A stretch of 62,186 nt of DNA, counting the filler, from Diploschistes diacapsis (Eukaryota), in NCBI GenBank assembly GCA_023645945.1. It is 7 parts of 7 records of this genome, joined end to end, with 100 filler letters (N's around TTAATTAATTAA, not from the genome) between each part and the next. Parts side by side here need not be neighbours in the genome. Positions count along the whole stretch, not along the records: positions 44,550 to 53,323 come from JALAIB010001111.1; positions 53,424 to 62,186 come from JALAIB010001112.1; 5 more parts are not named here. The stretch is one strand, 5' to 3'. Below the pieces are notes generated by a model. The model ran no database searches. It saw nothing but the letters and a program-made list of their open reading frames with translations, and was not told the DNA's origin. Shown here piece after piece: positions 49,968 through 62,186 of this stretch. The position numbers were made by a program, and so were the translations under genes. Position 1 is the stretch's first letter. The number at the start of each line of letters is the position of its first letter.

Positions 49968-51195
49968 ATGCCCGATCAGTCCTTACGCCATTCCCAATTG
50001 ATCGACTTTGAGCATGCCGCTGCTGGACAGTGAGTGTCTGATTGCCCAATGCCAATCACACAAACTGCTGACCGGGTCTAGTGACGGATTGCGCTCAGAC
50101 AAGATGGGGTCATTGCTTGTCAAGCCGTGCAAGCAGGCCGAGATTAGCTTCTATGAGACAACAGTAAACCATCCCGATTTTCAGTACTACCTACCACAGT
50201 TCTACGGAACACTTGCCGTCAAACCAAGCGCAAGCCCAACAACAACGGCCATACATGCATACCCACATGCTCAAACCTTGCACACAGCGGATGCCGCCAT
50301 TGCAAAGCCCATCGTCGCAACCGCAAGCGCGCACTCACGCACCGCCAGCCAGAACAAGCATCTTTTAGAAGCAGCTAGCGCGGCATCTATACCAGAGGCC
50401 TGGGTTCCTTCGGGTGGAGCTGCCATTGTTGCCGAAAACAACATAGTTCTCGAGAATGTGGCGGATGGCTTCGACAAGCCCAACGTCCTTGATGTTAAGC
50501 TGGGGCGAAGACTCTGGGCAGATGACGCACCCACTGCCAAACGGCAGAGGCTCGACAAGACGTCCCAGGAAACCACAAGCGGATCCCTCGGCTTTCGAAT
50601 TGCGGGAATGAAGACGTGGATTGGTACTGATGCTGGAATATGCTGCGACGCCAGCAACGGATACAGGAAGTATGACAAGTCCTATGGCCGCGGCTTCACC
50701 GTCGATACCGTTCGCAAAGGCTTCGAAGAATACTTTTTCATGCCCCGCGCTGGTGTTACCACGAGCCTTGGTTACAAAATTATTCGCCGATTCCTTTATG
50801 ACTTGCGAGAACTGCAAAAGGTGTTGCAGCGGAAGGAGAGCCGCATGTACTCTTCAAGCTTGCTCTTCGTGTATGAAGGTCGTGGCGATCGTCTAAAGCA
50901 AAAGCTCGACTTGACCGAAAACTTACCGCCAGCCATGCCTGATGAATTACCTTGTTCGAAATTGCCGATCGAGCCCACCCGTGAACCCGATGGCGTGGTA
51001 GATGACGAGACTTGTCTAGATGTTGACGAAGGAGTTAGCAGTGCAAGCGAGGAGGAAGTGCCCAAAGTGCACGCGCTGAAGGTAATTGACTTCGCTCACG
51101 CAGGCTGGACGCCCGGTCACGGCCCTGATGAGAACATGCTTTTTGGGATACAAAACGTTATCAGGATTCTCGAGGATCTTCTGGCGTCGCAGTGA
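49968..51195 (+). CDS. IPK2: Inositol polyphosphate multikinase (Ipk2/Arg82)
   Basis: Spliced HAAAGH/DG, KPCKQAEISFYE, IVLENV, PNVLDVKLG (PxxxDxKxG), SLGFRIAGM, SSLLFVYEG, IDFAHA, DENML. Confidence 0.9.
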
Positions 51196-51588
51196 CAAAG
51201 GCTTTGCGTGTCTGAGATCTAAGGTGGAGAATTTATGATGCAACAATCTCACATCTGTTAGATACGATGTCAATGAATCACGAAATGCCACGCCGTAGAA
51301 TATCAATCAAAACAATCAGATTTCTGAAATTTGAAAGACATGCGAATCACCATTGACTTAGTCCAAGGGCAGAAATTTATACTATACATGTACCTTGAAG
51401 ATGTTTCTTCAACCAATGTCGTCCCAGTTCCATAATCTCAAAGAAATTTGAGCCCCCAATAGATACAAGTACGTCCCGCTTGTGTCTGTCCCCCACGCTA
51501 TATACCTCATGCGTGAACAAAATATAGCGTCCAAAAGACCTCGTAGCTCTAGCGAGCAGTTAGTACATAAAAAACCATAGGTATCACC

Positions 51589-52909
<1,321 letters not shown>

Positions 52910-53323
52910 GGGTCGTGGTGGGTTGCGGACAGCACTGCGGAGGCAGAAAGGGGGCCATAGAGCAGACGGCAGGCCAAAAAATGAAAAATAGGGATGCAAA
53001 GTCCCGCAACTTGATTAGAAAATGTCATAATGCTTGGGCATGAAGAAACAAGAGGAAAAAGTCATGACAGAATACAGATGAACCAAACGCCGCCCTGCCT
53101 TATTACTTTGCGTAGTCCATCTAGGCCGCTACTCTCGATCCGCTCTGTCAAGAACTGGCCAACGATTTCTGGGACGACCCTCGGTCTCCTCCACCATCCA
53201 TCATGGCCACCCGTCTCATCTATCTCACGGCCCCTGAGCCTTGTGATCTCCCTTTATAGCCTGCTCATAGGACGGCGGCGGCTTCGCGCTCCCTCCCACC
53301 GCGCCCTGACCCCCTCCCGTCCC

Positions 53324-53423
53324 NNNNNNNNNNNNNNNNNNNNNNNNNNNNNNNNNNNNNNNNNNNNTTAATTAATTAANNNNNNNNNNNNNNNNNNNNN
53401 NNNNNNNNNNNNNNNNNNNNNNN
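53324..53423. other. Artificial contig-joining linker
   Basis: Same 100-nt linker. Confidence 0.98.
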
Positions 53424-54283
53424 GGGTTGGAGGGGATAGGAAAATAGGATAAAAGGGAAAGGAGGAGAGTGGATGGGGCATGGGTGGGGAATAGGCGCAA
53501 AGAGGATGAGAAAGGTAAAGGAGGGTGGGTTGGAGTAAGGCAAGGAAGTTAGAAGTAAGAGAAAGAGAGTTGGGTGGAGCAAGTTGGAGTGGTTCGGTGT
53601 TAACTGGAGAAGATTGATCGGAAGAAGTGGAGGAACGCCAAGAACAAGGTGTTAAGCACGACGCAGGACGGACACAAGCTTACAATAACTTTCACCCTCG
53701 GATTCGCCCTCCTCAGCTCCGAAAGTATCTCATCGTAAGCTATCACGGCGCTCTCCATATCTCTCTCCACCCGGTCGTGCAGCCCGTACAGGATATCGTT
53801 GGTACCCAGATGGATCGTCACGATATCCACCTTCCCGGCCTTCGCCAGCCACTCCCTCAGCCTATTCTTGTCGGCAGCGTCCACGGCCTTGATGCCGCTG
53901 TGTCCTTCGTGGTGCCGGGGATAGATGTCGGAGTTGGGGCAGCCGCCAGGCGCTTGCGTAGTCATGGTTCCGACGAAGCGGATATTCGGGAGGGGTGGGG
54001 GCTGGACGAGGATATTGTGGGTGCGGGGTAAGAAAGGGTCGGTGAGGTTGGGTGGGTTCCGCAGGAGAGACCAGAGCAGAGAGCGCCAGCAGGTTATCTC
54101 GGTTATCGAATCGCCGAGGGGGAGATACGCGATGGGCGCCGTGACGGGCATGCTGCTGGCTTGCCATGTCGATGGAGTGGTGTTGCTGGCTTGTAGTAGT
54201 GAAAGAGTGGTGCTGCGAGCGTGTCCAGCCGCTGCCGTAGCTAAAACTAGGGAGGAAATGAGAGTGGAGCCCGAGGAAAACAT
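53424..54283 (-). CDS. Secreted SGNH/GDSL esterase (CE3-like); 3' part lost at the contig end
   Basis: Hydrophobic signal-like N-terminus, LPLGDSITEITCWR, FVG, HEGHSG, HLGTND; GTAAGC donor at about 53682 with the intron running into the contig end. Confidence 0.8.
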
Positions 54284-55146
54284 CCTATGTTGGCCTCCAA
54301 TGTGGGCTTGGAATGCTGGTTCCAGACGAAAGAAGGTAATATGTATACTCGTATATTGATTGTAGTAGCAAGGAAGCTCAGTTGGCGAACATAACGAGTG
54401 TGTTTCCGCCGCGAGGCCCAAGGAAAATGAAGGAAGAAATAACTAGATACAGAGTTCCGTAGGAAGAGAGAGTATATGATGGGGGAGACCTGAGGGGATT
54501 ACTGTGGTGATAATGCATGGCTGGCTTCTGCCTATGAATGGGAAGGGTCACCGTGATAGTGTCGTAGCTGGGAGGCTGGCGCAGAAGGCTTCGCTTTCAA
54601 TAACAGACAATTCAACATTACAACATACATCGAGCAGTCACGGTGCTCACTTTGACCAGCAAGGGTTTTGGTGAATAGGAGTGGTAGATAAGAAATTAAC
54701 TCCCGAAAGCTGGAGGAGGGCTACATTGGCGGCACTAACAAGAACCGGTTGGGGAAAACCAACTTCAAGCTTGCATCACGTAAATTCACGACACACCGAA
54801 AACCGCAGATAGGACTTTAAATGCGATCACAAGCTCTTTCATCAGACAAGAGACGGCTGCAACAGAAGTTACGAAATGGAATGCAAGAAGCAATCATCGA
54901 TTGAGCCTGCCGAGCCTATCAATCTCCCGCTAAAGTAAATACGTGCGTTCCCTCTACCAGTGCTGTCTTCCTCATCTATGCCAAATGCTTGGATATCTAT
55001 AGGTATGCCCCGACTGCTCATAATGCAAACCATACGCCGAGCGTTGTAAAAAACCTCCCCCCCGCCCCCCAGTCGTGAAGAGTCATAATGCTAACTCGCA
55101 ACCTCCCCCTCCTTCGACACGCCATTCGCAGCTCATCCCTCGTACC

Positions 55147-57887
55147 TTATCCGCCGTAGCTTCTCCTCAACCCATCCCGCCTGTACTTTTCCGGCATCTC
55201 CTTCACCAGCCACTCGAGAATCGTCTCGTAGCACAGCACGTACTGTCGCAGCGTCTGGACCATGCTCAGTCTCTGCAGCCGGAAATCCTCGACCGTTCCT
55301 GCAACAAGATCGTTCTCGTCGCTATGGACCCAGTCGTCTGGGGAGTCGACCTCCATTTCGTCGTCCTCTTCGTCCTTTACCGGGGCGGACTTTGCAGCCG
55401 CGCGCTGGCGCTTCAGCATGTCAATGACGCTGTCCACCGCGCAGAACGTCCCGGTGCGGCCACAGCCGGCGCTGCAGTGTACGATTATCGGCCGCTCTCC
55501 CTCCTTGGCTGGCGACTGAGCGTCGGTGCCCACGGTACCGTTGTAGCTGCGAATCACGGCGTTGCAGTGTTCGACCAGCCCCAACAGATCGGATGGGTGG
55601 GCCGGAGCGCCGAAGTCGGGCCAGTTGGAGTACTGAAGCTGTGTCATTTCACGGATGGGTGCAAATGGTTGCCCCGAGTGGCTCAGGGTAAGGTGGCGTA
55701 CAATGACAAAGGGTGCCTCGGAGTCCAACGATGCCGACTTGTCCCTTGCCGCCTCCTGAGCGGCTACACCAAAGGGGTTCGTGGCGCGGCGCCGGCTTGT
55801 AGAGAAGCGCTCCGATTGGGGAGTCAAAAGTGGTTTCTTGTAACTCTCGGGAGCAAGGCCGCTAGAAGACGACGACGACGACGACGACGACGCCGAAAGG
55901 GGAGTCGCGCCTAATGAGACCTTCTTTTCGGAGAGCGCTTTCAGCTTCATGGGCCCATAGGCGTCCGGCAGCCAGTATGGATGGCACTTGCGTTGCCCGC
56001 CCTCGGATTCGGCACCCAACATTACAATAACTCTGGCATCTTGCTCCCAAGCCACCCGCCAAAAGTCCTGGAACGTTAGCGCTACGGACCAGTAATATGA
56101 GGGGAGGGGACCATGCTCACCTCGAAGGTAGCAGGCATTGGCGCTTGGGCTGCTATGTAATGCCTGTTGCTCCATGCCGCTTTGATATGGCTTGCATTGA
56201 TGTAGTCACACTCTGACGCAGGAACGTTCTGCAACCTGACGCGGGTGTGGCTGAACGGTAGGATATCCTTGTACCTGTTCTTCGTTCCCTTCTCGATACC
56301 GGCAATCTGGATGGACGAAGACGAGGACGGAGGACGCGGAGTGCCAAAGGACACGTCGGTCGACAGAGCTGTCTTCATACGCTGCTGCTCTGCTTTTTCT
56401 ATGCTCAAAAACTTTTCCGAAACTCCTTTGCCCTGGTCGGCCTCCTCCGCAGCCTTCTGAAGCCAGGTGGGCAGCGATTTGAAACTCCTGTGCGTCAGCG
56501 CATCTGGATGCTTGATTGGAAGCTGGCCGACACCGCCGATCAGATCCATGTTTTGCCTAATGTTACCAAAAAACGGGTTTGCCGCGGTTCTCGTGCTGGG
56601 CATTGCCAAACCTCCTGCAACTTGCAAACTCCCAGCGGCTTTCGCGTCAATAGAAAGATTACCCATGTTCCCACCGCTATCGTCCAAGCCAGCCCTTTCA
56701 ACAAGGTTTGGACAGTTCCTGAGGATCTCTTGGAAACCACCGCGGACTACGTAGGGGGTACCGCTCCAGCCTTCGTTGGTGAACTTTTTGATGCTGTTCA
56801 CGGCCGATACCGCGTCCTTGAGCTGGGCTGAGCTCGCATCGTATAGAATAATTACTAGTGCCTGGTTCCATTTAGAGAATTGCTCCTTTTCTTCATCCAA
56901 AGTAAACGTCTCTTTCAGTTTCTGAGTATTGAACGATGGCCTCTTGAGCAGCGTTGTCGGTATGCAAAGATTCAGTGCTCCCCGTACTCTCGACTGAGCG
57001 TACTGTGGAGATACTCTGACATCCAAGACCAGCATCTTCTCCGGCGTTGTGGAACGCATAATGTCGGATAGAGTCTGGGGCATCAGCATGCTCGGACCTC
57101 CTGGGCTCAAAGGCGAGGGCAAGGTACTCGCTCTGCTGTTCAGCTTCGCGGCCTCTTCGTTGGTTTCGTGAGTACGGTCATGCTGTAGAGAGAGTCGATG
57201 TTGTCTCTGATCGACTTGCGAAAGCGCAGGGTTGTTGACAGTTGGCAGGCTTGCGGGTGACTCCCTCCTAGGAAGGTCGAAGGACGGGCTGCCAAGACCA
57301 GGACGCCTTACGGTTTCTTGTTGGTTTTGGTCGTCTTTATCAACGTCCATTGCCTCACCGGGTAGTCCCTGGGACTTCGATTTTCGCTCCGTCTTCTGAG
57401 ACTTTGGGGATCGATAGCCGGAGAAACTGCTGTCCTTCGAATCTTGCCTTGCATTCGGAGGTCGACTGGGACCCGTCAGGGTGCCGAAACTGCCTGCATC
57501 CAGTTGGAACGTCTTCGCCTCTGACTGTCTCCGAAAGGCGGCCAGTTCAGGATTTCTCTCATGTGGGACGACAACCTGAGGTAATCTGACAGTGCTGGGG
57601 TCTGTCGACGATGACGGCGACTTCCAGTTCTTTCTTGCGTGTCCACCAGCATCGGAATTTGTAGGATGGTCACCTTCCCCCTCGACCGCGAGCCTGAAGT
57701 AGCTTGGACTCGACGGCCGCTCTTGTCTAGGTGAGCGCCCGGAAGATGTCAGGGAGGGCACCATATTTTGGCCGACGGATGCCGGGGTTCGAGCAGGGTG
57801 TGCATGAGGTGTTGTCGAAGGCCTCGCCTGCGATCGTGAGCTGAAAGGAGTGCGCGGAGTGCGGCTGGTCGTAGCGGCTGCCGTCAT
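55147..57887 (-). CDS. Rhodanese-domain protein tyrosine phosphatase (Pyp1/Ptp2-3-like MAPK phosphatase)
   Basis: LVLDVRV..QY..SRVRGALNLCIPTTLLKRPSF (rhodanese), KNRYKDILPF, DYINAS, YIAAQAP, TFE/DFW, KCHPYW, WPDFG, VHCSAGCGRTG, QRLSMVQTLRQY; one intron about 56120-56068; (GAC)8 poly-Ser tract 55868-55891. Confidence 0.93.
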
Positions 57888-59509
57888 AGCTTCAAAGAAG
57901 ATGGACAAACGGTAGCGTCTGGCAGTAGTGTAAGCTTCCTTTGAGCTTGGGGGAGTTGACAGAGCTCGAGAGTTTATGCAGAGTTATACGCGACCACGCG
58001 ACCCAGTATTCCTTCCCTAACAGCAGCAATTAAAGATGGTTTCCGCCGTCAGCTCTGAAAGAGCGATCGGGGTCTGTCAAGCTTAGTGTAGTGCCCGCAC
58101 CAGCTAAGTGTGATGGGCGATAATGGTTTTGGTGTGGAATGTGAGGAAAATGATGAAAAGGTGCAGAGGTAGGTAGGTAGGTAGCGTACCCACGTTCTAG
58201 ACTCACCTCGCTCAGATTCTCGAGTGCAGCGAGAGATCTAGGCGTACAGGGGTACTACACTACTCAAGGGGGTCTTGGTCTCCAAAAAAAGTAACAGCCT
58301 GATATGGGACGAGATCTGCCACAAGTCATTCTGACAAGTGCGCTCCGACTTGTGCTTTCCTAGAACTCCTGCAGACAAACAAAGGCAATGATGCTGCGAG
58401 AATCTTACTGACTCGCATCCCATTCACTGCAGACTACAGATGCCTTTGGTTTTACTTCTTTAGCAGTTTTCGTACTCGTACGCCCTCTTACTATACCCCA
58501 CCCTGTATACGGTGTATGTGCTTAGGGACAGCAAAAACACGATCGCACTTGAAGATCATTTATCATCACCTTGACCCTGAAACCCACCAGCCACATATAA
58601 TATAATATATAATATATACAATGGGGCACGGCATGCGCCACACAGGCTGAAGATCTTCATGGCGTCAGAAAGGGGGTTCAACCCTCCAACGTTCTGTTAC
58701 GGAGCCGTTTCCCCAACCTGCATCCGGAGAGCGGGGATTGGTTGACGCAGACAGTGAGGTAGCACCAGATATTAACCACTTTGCTTTTCCCTCGCCAGAG
58801 GTTCTGGATGATCTACAAACTAGGGACGTCACCTCTTCTGTATTTCTATCCATGTGAAGCGCCTTCGTTGGTTGCAAGGAATCGAACAGCAGCGGGGGGG
58901 GCCTGGCGATGCAGTTGACATGACCTGACGTAATGGCTTATATAAGTTGTGCTCGTTCGCCGATGAACAGATCACACTCTCTTCTCTCCTACCATGCGAA
59001 GTATATATCAGCGCGGCCTGTTGTTGCCTGCACCGGCTCGGCTCGGCTCGGTTGATTCCCCCCCCCCGGAGTGCATGCATCAGTGAGGGTCCTCACGCGC
59101 CAGCTTGGGAGGAGCCCGTGGTGTGAGGTTCTGGAGCACTTCCTGATTTCTTGCAGGCTGAAAAGCTGCCTCCAGAGGTAGTGAATCTTGCTTCTCGTTG
59201 CTTGCTGGGGATGGGGGTCACGTGTAAAGTCAACGCTCAAAAGGCGAGACTTGGAGAGTCTGTGGTAGAGCCTCGGGACTGCGAAAAGCCTAGCTATTTA
59301 AGAATTCAGGTTGAATCGTAGATTGGCCACAAGCGCTTCGCCAGCCTATGCACAGAATTGCCGAAGTGATGCCCGATTCTAGATCACTAGGAGGGAAGGT
59401 CGTGAATATCCCTACCGAGCACCTGAACGCTGAACGCTCACAATGCTGTCCAGATATACAATATAAAATGAGTACGAGAAAAAATCGTAGCAACTCGTTA
59501 TCCAATCCA

Positions 59510-60893
59510 TCATGCCTGCATCGCCTGCTTCTCGCTCCGGCTCTCCTCCTTCCATATCCTCTCCTCCACCCAGCTCGTAATTCGGGCACAGAGGGGATCG
59601 ACATGGCCAACCCACAGCATAGCAACCCGATACAGTAAAACATACCAAAGCGGGATGGCCACCGCCGCGACCCACGGACTCGTGAGTGGCGTCCAAGGCT
59701 GCGGAAGCGGATTGCCATGCTCGTCGTTGCCCGGCCAGGGCGGCCTCGCCGACATGCCGTACAGGGCCCAGGTCAGCACGGTGCGGATCAGGGGCGCGTG
59801 GGTGAGGTAGACGCCGAAGCTGACCTTGCCGAGAAAGCACGGCCAGGAGCTGGAGAACAGGTTGCGGGCCGTCCGGTTGAACATGACGCCGAAGCAGACC
59901 AGTTGCGCACCGAGGCCGGGATAGAAGCGGGCAAACTCCGCACCGGCGGGGAAAATGTATTTGCCGAGGGTGAGCATCGAGCTGGACCAATGCGCCCATT
60001 CGGCATGGTCTTCCGGGTACGAAGTTGCCAGGACGCCGAGCAGGATGGAGCAGGAGGAGAGAATGCCGGTCACGAGAGGCCTGCTCTCGATGGATTCTTG
60101 CACTTCGGGGGAGTACGTCAGCTCCGCCATGATCATGCCGGCAAAGATGTTGATGCCGATCAAGGAATCGCCCAGCCACCAGTAGTAGGCCTCCATCGCT
60201 GCATACACCGCCAGCCGATACCTGGGCTGGATAAAGGCCGTGGCGAAGAGAGTGTAGTAGATTAACATCGAGCCGCGCAGTAGAAAGGCCATTGTCCACT
60301 GTATCGGATCGTAGACGTTCGTCCCGTCCGTCCACGTGCTGACCAGGTTGTGGAACAGATCCGAAAAGGCGGCCGCAAACGACGTACTGGGCGGCGGGCT
60401 CGTGTCCCTTATCCACTGCGAATCCACCACCTTTGCCAGCTTGTACGCTCCGAACTGGCATATGAGCCAACTTAGCAGCGTCGCCATCGCCACGGGCAGC
60501 AGGAACCGGCCCGTCCGCCTGTATGCACTCCTTGCTATGCTAACTAGCGCCTCCTGTGTCTGGCCCGATCTCGTCTGCCGCACCGGCTTGAGTGCGTTGA
60601 CGTAACCGGACATTATGGCAAAGACAGCCACGCTCGCTCTTCCCATAAGGAAGCATCGTAGGATCGGTAGTTGGAGGACGACGGGCGGGCTTTCGGGCCC
60701 CAGGGCTGGCCGTGTGAGGAAAGGTGCGAGCGATCGGCAGACGTGAGCCGTTACGACGATTAGCGAAGCACAGCCGCGGATACCCTGGGTGAGCGGTTCA
60801 GTATATTCTGGGCAAGGACCTGACAAGTATGGATTTGTGGGGCACACTTACGTCTGCCCACTTTGTGTTCTGACTCCCTGTAGGAGCTGGCAT
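59510..60893 (-). CDS. Acyltransferase-3 family membrane O-acyltransferase
   Basis: MPAPTGSQNTKWAD/GIRGCASLIVVTAH, VFAIMSGYV, AYRRTGRFLLP, YDPIQWT, FLGKVSFGVYLTH; intron 60851-60787. Confidence 0.88.
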
Positions 60894-61792
60894 AGTGATC
60901 TTCCGGAAGAAATCATCGAGCTTCTCATGCAGTACAGGATCTAGGATGATACTGAAGTGAGGAGATTGGCAAACCAAGATGGAAAAGAATGAGCTCGGAA
61001 AGGAGCTGATATTAGTGCGAGTTCGAAGGAAAGAGTAACTTCGCAGAGCAATTCACCCGCCGTCTACTGGTGTCAAGAATGGAACAGTGGAAGAGGAAAG
61101 AGAGGCTAAGGAAATCGCACATGTTAAAAGCATGCATAGTTCCAAGAAAGAAACAAGGAGAGTTATCGCCGTGGTGGATCAGTTCTGCGGCACTTTGGTT
61201 GGCCGTCTTGGCCTGCTTTGGCCGGGCGCTTCCCCCTGCCTATATCGACGTCCCGATTAGCTAGTATAGAATACACTCACTGGGAACGGAAAACCATAAG
61301 AGACAACCTTACGAGGGCAGTGGTACCACTCAACTGTATCTTTAGCCTCCTGCCCAGTGCTGCTAGTAGAGACACACATTGAGATGCGTCATGGTCGTCA
61401 GCGTGGCCCATGTTTGGACGATTGACGCAACTGGTGAATTATGATTAGCATCGCTACCAACCTGCCATAATGTTATCTTAAACATCCTGGAGAGCCAACG
61501 CCTTGGCCCGGAACAGGAACAGTCGGAACCATATTATCATCATCATCATGAGTGTACGTTGTTGTGCAGGCTCTATCTATCCAAAGCAAGCAACTTAAAA
61601 TGTTAGCACGCTCACCCAGTCTACCTCCAGCATATCACGCAAAAAGTGGCACGTGCTAACGTCCCACTTCCCGTGTGGTTTCACTACGGAGTTAAGCCCT
61701 AAGTCCGAAAAGACTTGGCAGAATACCTTTTATTTGTAAATCTGTAGCTAGACAATTTAAAGATACCATACAATCGAATCACATATGGTAAC

Positions 61793-61955
61793 TGTAACAG
61801 CGGGGGGAAGTGCCTAATAGGTAGCGCTATCCCACTGAGCCAAAAGACTAACCACAATGCTTTCAGGAACCCCGAAGCACTGTTTCCCTATTACACTATA
61901 TGTAGGTGCGTGGCTGTGGCAGTAGGCGGCAGATGTGTAACCCGCAGGCCTTACA
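61793..61955. mobile_element. Candidate short LTR (TGTAA...TTACA)
   Basis: 163-bp segment bounded by 5-bp inverted ends TGTAA/TTACA, directly abutting the integrase relic; no matching TSD. Confidence 0.35.
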
Positions 61956-62186
61956 AAGATTTATAATGTAAGAGATCTGATGTGGCTTTTAATTAAAAAT
62001 TTATAACAAAGGAGATCCAGCAAGAAGTTGTTATATAGATATATTGGACCGTTTCGCGTGCTAGATATTATCGAGGAGCAGGCGTATTGCTTATTATTAC
62101 CGTAATGATATTCTAGGATTTATTTAGTATTTTATGTCTTTTTATTAGAATCTTATAAATAAAAAAAAAATATTAAAGTATTTTTT
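61956..62186 (+). mobile_element. RIP-mutated Ty3/Gypsy integrase C-terminal (GPF/GPY) fragment
   Basis: AT-rich; translates KIYNVRDLMWLLIKNL*QRRSSKKLLYRYIGPFRVLDII..QAYCLLLP**YSRIYLVFYVFLLESY, versus the consensus VGDxVWL...KKL...GPFxV...AYxLxLP...IHPVFHVSLLEPY. Confidence 0.85.

Noticed and set aside
57900..59500. Short ORFs and microsatellites ((GTAG)n, TA-rich, (GGCTC)n) between the PTP and acyltransferase genes
   Set aside because: Consistent with ordinary promoter/UTR sequence; no supportable feature

Overview
Eukaryotic DNA from a filamentous ascomycete (Pezizomycotina: short GT-AG introns with CTRAC branch points, fungal actin, RIP-type repeats). The window is not one locus. It is seven contigs (1-8829, 8930-17743, 17844-26650, 26751-35551, 35652-44449, 44550-53323, 53424-62186; lengths 8829 falling to 8763) joined by a 100-nt N44-TTAATTAATTAA-N44 linker, so gene neighbourhood only means something inside a contig. 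Apparently intact genes: RTF2, CLPTM1-like, LOG, proteasome alpha6 (PRE5), an IlvD/Edd dehydratase, CDC37, clathrin light chain, RTT103-like CID protein, MEK1-like kinase, actin, zeta-crystallin quinone reductase, Arb1, inositol polyphosphate multikinase, UDP-glucose 4-epimerase, an SGNH esterase, a rhodanese-PTP phosphatase and an acyltransferase-3. There are also many decayed genes: a sugar porter with an internal deletion, a histone H3-like relic, an FAD monooxygenase, an RBR E3 ligase, and a divergent methylating NR-PKS plus MpaD/CicH-like P450 pair. Transposon remnants (Fot1/pogo TIR, Tc1-like TIR, RIP-mutated MULE and Gypsy fragments) sit at contig ends, and there is one unexplained tRNA-like element. 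I found no convincing new system. The best leads are the dead phthalide/isoindolinone-type PKS-P450 pair, the H3-like relic, the tRNA-like element and a recurrent C-to-G skew switch along genes. All product calls come from recalled motifs, not database searches.
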